Shown here: in pieces, positions 51,423 to 59,715 of the stretch
How the letters are laid out: each line of letters opens with the position of its first letter
Numbering within the stretch: the stretch's first letter is position 1
NCBI GenBank assembly: GCA_965221905.1
Contig: OZ244922.1
Location: forward strand, 352,001-416,000
Reading direction: 5' to 3'
DNA: 64,000 nt
Source of the DNA: Chloroflexota bacterium
Lineage (GTDB): Bacteria > Chloroflexota > UBA11872 > VXOZ01
Position numbers and translations under genes: made by a program
Notes under the pieces: model-generated
Told to the model about the DNA's origin: nothing
Seen by the model: only the letters and a program-made list of their open reading frames with translations
Database searches by the model: none

Positions 51423-52015
51423 GGGTGGAGACCTTCGTGCGGGGGCCGCTCCAAAACAACGTCTACCTTCTGTGCGACGAGCACAGTAACGAAGCGGCAA
51501 TCATCGATCCGGGAATTGGCAGCGACGATCTGCTGAAGACCATCGAGGAACAGCAGCTTCGTCTGCGCTACGTGCTCGTTACCCACGCTCACTTCGATCA
51601 CATAGATAACGTCGCTCTCTTCCGCGAGCAGACAGGCGCAAAAGTTGTGTTGCATCGCGCCGATGCAGCGGCGCTTGAAGAGCAGGCGGGAGTGGCTGCC
51701 GACGTGCTCCTGGACGGCGGCGAAGAATTGGCGCTCGGCAGCCTTACCCTCCAGACATTCCACACGCCGGGACACTCCCCCGGCGGCGTTTGCTTCTTGG
51801 TAGAAGACCACCTGTTTGCAGGCGACACGCTCTTTGCCGGATCCATCGGGAGGAGCGATTTCCCTGACAGCGATGGTGCGCTGCTGCTCCGAGCGATAGC
51901 CGAGAATATCCTGCCGCTGCCCGATGCGACCCACGTGCTTCCCGGCCACGGCGAGGCAACTACGGTCGGTACAGAGCGCGCCAACAATCCCTTCCTGCGG
52001 GGGCTAGTGGGGTAG
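51419..52015 (+). CDS. MBL-fold metallo-hydrolase (glyoxalase II-like)
   Basis: THAHFDH, TPGHSPG, GDTLF, PGHG; ATGA overlap with tatB. Confidence 0.92.
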   Translation: MRVETFVRGPLQNNVYLLCDEHSNEAAIIDPGIGSDDLLKTIEEQQLRLRYVLVTHAHFDHIDNVALFREQTGAKVVLHRADAAALEEQAGVAADVLLDGGEELALGSLTLQTFHTPGHSPGGVCFLVEDHLFAGDTLFAGSIGRSDFPDSDGALLLRAIAENILPLPDATHVLPGHGEATTVGTERANNPFLRGLVG

Positions 52016-52111
52016 GGGGCACCGCACGATCACTTCAGGGGATGCACGGCCCCTGGGACTCGATGCCACTCAATGCCAGCCGGAATAGTCCTGCCAATTG
52101 GCCTTCGACAG

Positions 52112-52304
52112 GCTCAGGCCGAACGGAAAAAGTGGAAGGCTGTGGGGAAGCCTGGGCCGCTCAGGCCGAACGGAGGAAGTGGAGGACTGTGGGGAAGCCA
52201 GGGCCGCTCAGGCTGAACGGAGGAAGTGGAGGACTGTGGAGAGGCCAGGGGCGCTCAGGCCGAACGGAGGAAGGGGAGGACTGTGGGGAAGCCAAGGCCG
52301 CTCA
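52112..52304. repeat. 47-bp tandem repeat, 4 copies
   Basis: GCTCAGGCCGAACGGAGGAAGTGGAGGACTGTGGGGAAGCCAGGGCC starting at 52112, 52159, 52206, 52253. Confidence 0.9.
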
Positions 52305-52803
52305 ATCCGTTCGTGCGGGGCTTGTCTTTCCTGCATGTGACGAGGTATCGCAGGCCGAATGACGGCGCATGAGAAGTCCGAAGAAAGAATGACCGTCTTG
52401 GCCGCTCGAACTGAGCACTTCGAGATGCTCAGCACAGGCTCGTCGCAGCGCGAACGACGACATTTGAGAAGTCACAGAATTTAACAAGCCACAGAAGGCC
52501 AAGACTACCCGCAACCGCACGGAAAGCCAAGACTGACCGCAACCGTTCGTACTGAGCACTTCGACAAGCTCAGCACAGGCCTGTCGAAGTATGAACGGTT
52601 GCGAGAGACAATTGGCATTCCTCTCAACATCCAAGCAAGCAAGAGCGACGGATTCTCACCGCTCTTCACATCATACGCGGTACAATACTACGTGTCGGCC
52701 ACAAGGCGAATGCACAGTTGAAAACGACTGGCCAGGCCTAGATGTCGGACGAAACGAAATGCAGCATCGATGAGAATTACCCAAGTGCTAGGGAACTGGG
52801 AGG

Positions 52804-53556
52804 ATGAATGTCATGAACAATGAAGAGACCCACGACCACGAGCATAACCAGGGGCGCTCGATTATTGCCCGGCAGCCGTACCGTCCGCCGCCATGCGAGG
52901 CAGACGACCAGGTAGAAGCGGCGGCAGAGCAGCATGCCGGCGAAACCCATGGCGGCGACGCGCATGCTCACGACGAGCACCAGCAAGCCGCCGAGACAGA
53001 TGAGCACGCCCATGACGCGCACGGGCATGGTGAGGCCGCCGCGGTTTCGTCCCCCGACGAGCACCGCCGCGCCGGCGCGGAGCAATTTCCTTCTATCGAG
53101 TGCGCGGTAATTACGGTGAGCGACTCCCGCACGGAACTTACCGACAAGTCCGGGGCGCTCATCCAATCTATGTTGCAGGAGGCCGGCCACGAGGTCGTCG
53201 GCTACCGGTTGGTGAAGAATGACGCGCAGCAAATCACGCAGGCGCTGACCCACATGCTGGCGGGCCGCGCGCGCTTCGTAATGTTGACCGGCGGCACGGG
53301 ACCCGGCACGCGGGATATCACAGTGGAAACGGTGCAGTCGCTGCTAGAGAAGGAGCTCACGGGCTTTGGGGAACTCTTCCGTATCTTGAGCTATGAGGAA
53401 ATTGGCGCAGCGACGATTCTGAGCCGCGCCACAGCCGGCCGCATCGGGAACAAATTCGTCGTCTGCTGCCCCGGCTCGTCCGGCGCCGTCCGTCTGGCGC
53501 TCAACGAAATTCTCATTCCGGAGCTAGCGCATATTCTGCGCGAAATGAATCGGTGA
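52804..53556 (+). CDS. moaB: MoaB/MogA molybdenum cofactor protein with His-rich N-terminal extension
   Basis: VITVSDSRTELTDKSG, TGGTGPGTRDIT, GFGELFR, SRATAG, PGS. Confidence 0.88.
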   Translation: MNVMNNEETHDHEHNQGRSIIARQPYRPPPCEADDQVEAAAEQHAGETHGGDAHAHDEHQQAAETDEHAHDAHGHGEAAAVSSPDEHRRAGAEQFPSIECAVITVSDSRTELTDKSGALIQSMLQEAGHEVVGYRLVKNDAQQITQALTHMLAGRARFVMLTGGTGPGTRDITVETVQSLLEKELTGFGELFRILSYEEIGAATILSRATAGRIGNKFVVCCPGSSGAVRLALNEILIPELAHILREMNR

Positions 53557-53565
53557 GGTACGCTA

Positions 53566-54390
53566 ATGCGAGTGCTTTTTCTCGGAACAGGGGCGGCTGA
53601 AGGGTATCCGGCAGTCTTCTGCGAGTGCGCGCACTGCACGACAGCGCGTGCGCGCGGCGGGCGCAACCTCCGCCGCCGCTCCGCGTTGTTGGTGAATGAC
53701 GATCTCCTGATAGACATGGGCCCCGATCTGCTGGCGAGCATGCACGCCACCGGTGCGAACCTCGGGCGGGTCGCCACCATGCTCATCACCCACAGCCACG
53801 GCGACCACTTCCACCTTCCCAATCTCTACATGCGCCGGAGCAATTTCTGCGCCACGACACCCGCGCAGATGGATGTCTTTGGCACTCCTCCCACAATGGA
53901 AGCGATTAATACTGCGGCCAATGCGCGCAACCTATCCGCAGAGGAGTTTCATCTGCGCCTCAACACCATCAGGCCCGGAGATTCCTGGCAGGCGGGGCGG
54001 TATCGCGTTACCGCGTTTCAGGCCGCACACGCGGAGGAGCTGGAGCCGGTGATCTTTGCCGTGGAACAGGACGGCCGCACGCTTCTCTATGCGTCCGACA
54101 CCGGTCCCTTCCCGGCGGAAACATGGCAGCAACTCCGGGAGTTCAAGTTCGATTGCGCGGTCGTTGAATCCACCATGGGCATCGGCCCGCCGGGCACCCA
54201 CCATCTCTCCATGCACCAATGCGTCGAGCACCATCAGATGTTGGAAAACGAGGGCCTGCTGCAGCCCCGCGCGCGGCGCTACGCCACGCACTTCTCCCAC
54301 AACCGCACGCCTCCTTATCTGGAATGTGCGGAGTTCTTTGCGCCCCACGGCATCGAGCCCGCCTACGATGGGCTGGTTGTGCAAGTGTAG
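53566..54390 (+). CDS. PhnP-like MBL-fold phosphodiesterase
   Basis: FLGTGAAEGYPAVFCECAHC, THSHGDH, YASDTG, THFSHN. Confidence 0.85.
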   Translation: MRVLFLGTGAAEGYPAVFCECAHCTTARARGGRNLRRRSALLVNDDLLIDMGPDLLASMHATGANLGRVATMLITHSHGDHFHLPNLYMRRSNFCATTPAQMDVFGTPPTMEAINTAANARNLSAEEFHLRLNTIRPGDSWQAGRYRVTAFQAAHAEELEPVIFAVEQDGRTLLYASDTGPFPAETWQQLREFKFDCAVVESTMGIGPPGTHHLSMHQCVEHHQMLENEGLLQPRARRYATHFSHNRTPPYLECAEFFAPHGIEPAYDGLVVQV

Positions 54391-54675
54391 CAAGACTGGT
54401 GAAGCGAGTTGCCATTGTATGTGGCAAGTGATGGCGCAGTAAGCGTGGCTAGCTATTTCCGTGCGTACTTCGGCAGGCGCGTGCTGAGCTTGTCGAGGTG
54501 CTCAGCACGAACGGAAAGGGTAAAAATTCGATACCATGACCGTCGAGTTGCACTGCTGCGGAGCGCCGCGATCACGTGTTAGCAGCGCGGTGGCAGATGC
54601 ATGTTTCTCAGCGCTTGGGTAGGGTTTGGAATAAAGGCAAAGGGCTACTGTGGACTTAGGGCTGGTTGAAACGCG

Positions 54676-56046
54676 ATGAGCATATCACGCCGAAAATTCC
54701 TGCTCGCGGCAGGCGCACTGCCGGTGCTGCCGCTATTGGCGGCTTGTGGCAGCAGTATTCCCGATTCAATCCGTCCCGGTGGTGATGACAACGTGCCGAC
54801 AGTGCACGTGGTAGCGCCAAACATCACCCTCATCTCCGCTACCAATCTCATCCGCGCCATTGAAGCCTGGAACGGCGGCGGCATTGAGACGGCCGGGCCG
54901 AGAGAACGCTTCCGCATCTCCCTGCAGATCATCAAGGCCCGTGATGACGGCGGAGTAACCGCCAGCGGCAGTCCGCCGACGTGGACGTACTTTCGCCGCG
55001 GCATCGACGCCGAGGCCGCAGCCGGGCGTCCGGCGGACATTGTCATGCTTACCGGCGGCATATTCACGCTGCCGGGTATTGCCAGCCCGCTCTTTGGGCC
55101 GCTCAACGACTACGTGCAGCGCGACCGAGGCTTTCTTAACGAGTTTGTCACCCAGGCAGTGGAGACGACAACGTTTGGGGGGCGGATACAGGCGGTGCCG
55201 GTGGTGCTCGGCGCCGGTGTGATGGCATGGCATCAGGATCGCTTCAATGACACCGACCTGCCGCCGCCGCCCGCAACGTGGACCTGGAACGATTTGGTGG
55301 CGATGGGCCAAGAGTTTATGACCGCGGCGCGTGAGCGCAACAAAGACAAGTGGTGGGCGATTAGCGAGGGTGTCTATACGGCGCTCTGGGCGCACCTCAT
55401 GACGCAGGCCGGCGGCGGCGTGTTGGACATGAGCGAGGGGCGGCTGAGCCTCACGTCTGCGCAAACTCAGGAAGCGCTTGAGTTGTGGCGCGATCTCGCT
55501 TACACGCACCGCATCATGCCGACAAGCGCCGACATGACCTACCACGACATGACGCGCTTGGTGCCGCGCAGCGAGGCCGCGCTCCATCACGCCATGATCT
55601 ACTCCGGCGAAAACATCGGCCGCGACTGGAAAGTGCAGCACTCGCCGTCGTTTGCCGGAAACGCCAACAGTTCGCTCTACGTGATGGACGTTTTGGGCAT
55701 CCACGGCAAGTCAGTGCAAACCGAGTTGGCATATGAGGCTATCAAGGTGCTCGCGCCCTATGTGGCGGAGCGCTCGATGGTGCCGGCCTGGATTCCGGCC
55801 CTCAAGCACGTTGAAAAACCTTCCGGCGAACGACCGGAGCTTGCGATGGTGGAAGAGCGCGTACCGGTGGTATTGGAGGTGTTGCGCAGCGGCCGGGGCA
55901 CGACGACTCTCCCCTGGACGGAGATCGGTACACTGCTGCAAAGGAACCTCATCCGGCCGCTCTACACCGGCGAACGTACCCTGGCCAATGCCACCGAACG
56001 CGCCACCCGCGCCGTCGCCAACGCCCTGCCGGGAGTTTTGGTCTAG
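54676..56046 (+). CDS. Tat-exported lipoprotein, ABC sugar-type solute-binding protein
   Basis: SRRKFL twin-arginine motif, LAAC lipobox, PxxWTWNDL. Confidence 0.8.
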   Translation: MSISRRKFLLAAGALPVLPLLAACGSSIPDSIRPGGDDNVPTVHVVAPNITLISATNLIRAIEAWNGGGIETAGPRERFRISLQIIKARDDGGVTASGSPPTWTYFRRGIDAEAAAGRPADIVMLTGGIFTLPGIASPLFGPLNDYVQRDRGFLNEFVTQAVETTTFGGRIQAVPVVLGAGVMAWHQDRFNDTDLPPPPATWTWNDLVAMGQEFMTAARERNKDKWWAISEGVYTALWAHLMTQAGGGVLDMSEGRLSLTSAQTQEALELWRDLAYTHRIMPTSADMTYHDMTRLVPRSEAALHHAMIYSGENIGRDWKVQHSPSFAGNANSSLYVMDVLGIHGKSVQTELAYEAIKVLAPYVAERSMVPAWIPALKHVEKPSGERPELAMVEERVPVVLEVLRSGRGTTTLPWTEIGTLLQRNLIRPLYTGERTLANATERATRAVANALPGVLV

Positions 56047-56131
56047 TGCGCTATCTCGGACAAGGCCCGTTGACGGCTGGCAATTCGTGAACGTGTGGAC
56101 GTGATGCGGCCTTGAATCAGTCTACGATAGA

Positions 56132-56512
56132 TCAGGCTACTAGCGGCTCCAGCTTCCCCAGCAGTACTTCTACCCGCTTGATGCCGTCTTGCACGAATTC
56201 GTCCGTCTGCCAGTTCTCATAGAAGTTCATGTGCAACGAATTGGCTGTGCTGAATAGGCCACGAATTTGAGAGTCGTTCGTCTCGCGATATATTCTATCG
56301 ATTGCCTCGAAGAGGTACCGGTGTCCGTCGTGTTGCCACCCTCTCTGCTGAGCAACGGCTTTCACCGCATGCGCAGCCGCGCCCCAGGCCTTCTCTGAGG
56401 CTTGAAGCTTGTCGCCTTTAGCAAACTCTTCCTCCGCTTGACGCATGAATTGACGGCTAATGCGCACGTGCTCTTCTACCTTGCCGTCTCTGTTGTTGAC
56501 TTGCCTAGCCAC
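56132..56512 (-). CDS. PaREP1-family (HEPN-like) protein
   Basis: GDKLQASEKAWGAAAHAVKAVA...GW, LHMNFYE. Confidence 0.85.
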   Translation of the reverse strand: MARQVNNRDGKVEEHVRISRQFMRQAEEEFAKGDKLQASEKAWGAAAHAVKAVAQQRGWQHDGHRYLFEAIDRIYRETNDSQIRGLFSTANSLHMNFYENWQTDEFVQDGIKRVEVLLGKLEPLVA

Positions 56513-56614
56513 GATATGCCCTCAGTCTAACTGCTGCCTATTTGCGTCATGGATATACTTTATACTATAGCACTTATTAGTTAGGCTATTGAGAATACTT
56601 AACTGGGCCGAACT

Positions 56615-57058
56615 TTATCGCCGTAGCCGAGCGACTTCGCGCCTTACCTCGATGAGGCAGCGTTGGAAGCGCACGTGGGGGACGGACAGGTTGTAGGTGC
56701 GAATACGGCGGTTGAGCGCGGAGGCATCTTCTCGAAACGTCGCCAGCGCCTGCTGCCAGCGTGATTCCGCCGCTGGGCCCGGCAGTTCTCCACCACGATC
56801 GCCTGTATACACCGACCACGCGCGCTCCAAGCGCTTCGTCGCTAGAGCCAGCGCCTCATCGATCCGACGGCGCTCCTCGGCCCAGGGCAAGCTCATGCCG
56901 CTATTGCGCAGGATGTGGCGCGCCATCCACTGCGCTGGATCCGAGAGGGGGCTCTCGTCCAGTTCGAGAGGCTTGCCCTTGACGGGCAAGTTCGCGAATT
57001 TCCCATTAGCAAACGCTTCTTGCAGCCGCTGCTCTACCAGCTTGCCCCACTTATCCAT
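56615..57058 (-). CDS. DUF1992 (DnaJ-related) domain protein
   Basis: EQRLQEAFANGKFANLPVKGKPL, ILRNSG..LPW, LNRRIRTYNL; TGATG coupling to the upstream gene. Confidence 0.8.
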   Translation of the reverse strand: MDKWGKLVEQRLQEAFANGKFANLPVKGKPLELDESPLSDPAQWMARHILRNSGMSLPWAEERRRIDEALALATKRLERAWSVYTGDRGGELPGPAAESRWQQALATFREDASALNRRIRTYNLSVPHVRFQRCLIEVRREVARLRR

Positions 57059-57567
57059 CACGCGTTCCTGCCTGCGGGACGGGTGCCGTCGGCAACTGCC
57101 GCCAGACGTTCGAGGTAGCGCCACCAGCCCTCGTCGTGTATGTCGCGCTCTTGGGGAGGCGTAGCAGTGAAACCGGTCTGACGCAGAATCAAGACCGTGC
57201 TGCCACCGACGTCTTCAAGGGTGATGAGCACGTGGAGCGGCGGAAAGGACCAATGCGGATTGTGCCACGTGAAGCCAAACTTTCGGTTAGCGACAAAGTC
57301 CGTAACTTCCCCGGAAAACACGCTGACCGTGCCGTTTTCGTTGAAGAACACGAATTCCACTGCGCCGCCCGGATGCGGCTCGATGCCCGAGACCTGCGCA
57401 AACCAAAGCTCAATCCGATCCGGGTCTGTAAGCAGTGCAAAGACGCGCTCCCGTGAAGCGGCGATGCGCAGCGACATCTCGATCGTATCTATTTCGCGCT
57501 TATTGGGAGAGTTCTCAAAGGCACTCTGTGCGATTTCTTCAGGAGCGCCGCCGGCAGTTTCTTGCAT
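57058..57567 (-). CDS. SRPBCC/AHSA1 domain protein
   Basis: ASRERVFALLTDP...W, TVLILRQTGF, GW..YLERL. Confidence 0.85.
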   Translation of the reverse strand: MQETAGGAPEEIAQSAFENSPNKREIDTIEMSLRIAASRERVFALLTDPDRIELWFAQVSGIEPHPGGAVEFVFFNENGTVSVFSGEVTDFVANRKFGFTWHNPHWSFPPLHVLITLEDVGGSTVLILRQTGFTATPPQERDIHDEGWWRYLERLAAVADGTRPAGRNA

Positions 57568-57668
57568 GGGACTCCTCTGTGTAAAGTTCGGGTCTCACGC
57601 GCCTTGTCTGAGATGAGTATATGGTGCTTCAACAAGTGTTCAGATTAAGTCGGTGTACAGGACTAGCG

Positions 57669-57696
57669 GTAGGGGCGGTTCGCGAACCGCCCCTAC
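57669..57696. repeat. GTAG-type REP-like perfect palindrome
   Basis: GTAGGGGCGGTTCGCGAACCGCCCCTAC. Confidence 0.8.
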
Positions 57697-57738
57697 ACGC
57701 AGGGTTCGTTAATGTCAGGGGCTTACCTAGCGCGTCCC

Positions 57739-58896
57739 CTATTCATACACCGTTTCGCCCGTCTTATTGGCGTTGATGAAGTCCCAGTCGAGCTCCACGC
57801 CGAGGCCGGGACCCTCCGGCACGGCCACGCAGCCCTCAGAGTCCACGGAGTAGAGCTCGTCGCGCCAGCGCGGATCGGCGTAGATGGGCGCTTTGGTATG
57901 CGGCACATTGGGATGCACCAGGCCCAGTTCATAGTAATTGGTGTTGCGGATCGCCGCCATGCAGTGCCGATGGGCCAAGCCGCCGCCGTGCAACTCTACG
58001 TCCAGTCCATATGCCTCTGCCAGCACTGCCAGTTTCATCACGCCCGTAATGCCGCCGTCTCGCCCGGTACCGGCGCGCAGGTAGTCAACGGCGCCGGCGT
58101 GGATGGCATCGGCCTTGGTCTCCAATCCGCGGATGTGCTCGCCCATCAGCAACGGCGTCTTGATGAACTGGCGCAGCTTAGCATGCGCAAACTGGGAAAC
58201 GCCACCGCCGCGGAAGGCATCCTCATACCAGAAGTACTGCGCCTCGTCGCAGGCGCGCCCGACCTTCAGGACATCGTCGAACGTGCCGAACGCTCCAGCG
58301 GGGTCGAGCATGATGTCCATGTCGTCGCCCACGGCATCGCGAATTGCCAGCACCGCCGCAACCTCTCGCGAAATAGGCGCGCCGATCCAGCCATGAATCT
58401 TGAACGCCGGATAGCCGTACTCCTCCTTGCAGTGCAAGGCAAATTCGCCGTAGTCTTCCGGCGTGCTCAGGCCGCCGTTGTCATCGCCGTGGTAGGTGCT
58501 GGCGTAGCAGGGCAGGCGCGTGCGCCAGCCGCCGAGCAGAGTCGCTATCGGCACACCGGCCATCTTTCCGGCAATATCCCACAGGGCAACGTCATGATCG
58601 CCGGGGGGTGTGGACGTGGAACCGCGAAAGAGGCGCTTGAGGTCTTGCCAGATGATCTCGCGTTCCAGCGGATTGCGTCCAAGCAAATAGTGCGCCGTGC
58701 GGTCGTCAATGCCGCCGGGTATCTCTGCGCGCACGCCCGCATCGGTCTCGACAATCAGGATGCTGCCGCCGCCGCCCAAACGACTGCCTTCCTTATAGAC
58801 CATGTCAAAGCCGTACATGTCTTCCAGCGTGAGGTTCTGAATCTCGTGCGCGAAATGCGTCACCGCAATGCGCGTAATCTTCGGCGCTGCGCCCAT
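57739..58896 (-). CDS. Mandelate racemase / enolase superfamily enzyme
   Basis: DVALWDIAGK, FKIH, MLD, WYED, GEH, GGITG, PEGPGLGVELD. Confidence 0.9.
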   Translation of the reverse strand: MGAAPKITRIAVTHFAHEIQNLTLEDMYGFDMVYKEGSRLGGGGSILIVETDAGVRAEIPGGIDDRTAHYLLGRNPLEREIIWQDLKRLFRGSTSTPPGDHDVALWDIAGKMAGVPIATLLGGWRTRLPCYASTYHGDDNGGLSTPEDYGEFALHCKEEYGYPAFKIHGWIGAPISREVAAVLAIRDAVGDDMDIMLDPAGAFGTFDDVLKVGRACDEAQYFWYEDAFRGGGVSQFAHAKLRQFIKTPLLMGEHIRGLETKADAIHAGAVDYLRAGTGRDGGITGVMKLAVLAEAYGLDVELHGGGLAHRHCMAAIRNTNYYELGLVHPNVPHTKAPIYADPRWRDELYSVDSEGCVAVPEGPGLGVELDWDFINANKTGETVYE

Positions 58897-59096
58897 AGTG
58901 CTCCGCTCCTTGCTGCTCCCTGCCATCGGTCAATTTCCTAGTAGGTTACCATCTTGAGCGCCTGTCCTTGCGCTATGTACCGTGATTTCTCTTCCAGTTA
59001 GTCCTTTTTCGTTCGCCAAGCAACCATTGGAGCAGCATGTCCCGGAGAGTGTACCCGACTCCTGTAGCGCGTCGCCGTGGCCTACCGTTTCTATCG

Positions 59097-59517
59097 CTGA
59101 ATCACGCAGCAGGCACGTAACAATGCCTCCCATTGGATCCGGTACCGCAGGTTTGCAACCTGCGTCCTGAATCACGCAGCAGGCGCGTGACAGTACGCCC
59201 CATTGGATCCGGTACCGCAGGTTTGCAACCTGCGTCCTGAATCACGCAGCAAGCGCGTAACAGTGCGCCCCATTGGATCCGGTAGCGCAGGTTTGCAACC
59301 TGCGTCCTGAATCACGCAGCAGGCGCGTAACAGTGCGCCCCATTGGATCCGGTAGCGCAGGTTTGCAACCTGCGTCCTGAATCACGCAGCAGGCACGTAA
59401 CAATGCCCCCCATTGGATCCGGTAGCGCAGGTTTGTAACCTGCGTCCTGAATCACGCAGCAGGCGCGTAACTATGCCCCCCATTGGATCCGGTAGCGCAG
59501 GTTTGTAACCTGTGTCC
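59097..59517. repeat. 70-bp tandem array, 6 copies, each containing a GTAG REP-like hairpin (BIME-like)
   Basis: ATCACGCAGC recurs at 59101, 59171, 59241, 59311, 59381, 59451; each unit holds GGTA(G/C)CGCAGGTTTG(C/T)AACCTG. Confidence 0.95.
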
Positions 59518-59715
59518 GCTTGATGACGGGTAAATTCTCTAAATCGCATTTCCTCCCATTCGGAACCGTTAAGGCTGCGCCTTCGAAGGAATCCATGGAG
59601 ACGCTTAGCGTGCCGAACAAGGCGGGCGGAGGTCCGTTTCTGTGCTACAATGGGCGTATTCAACCTGCAGATTCACACTATTTAACACATTTTGCATGCG
59701 GAGGCGTGGGAAAAC

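Noticed and set aside
52112-52304. CRISPR array
   Set aside because: Whole 47-bp units repeat with no unique spacers
59097-59517. CRISPR array
   Set aside because: The variable segments are near-identical to each other rather than unique spacers, the core is a dispersed REP-like hairpin, and no cas genes are in the window
59520-59715. T-box leader for leuS
   Set aside because: No GGTGGNACCGCG antiterminator motif; only a TGCTACAAT extended -10
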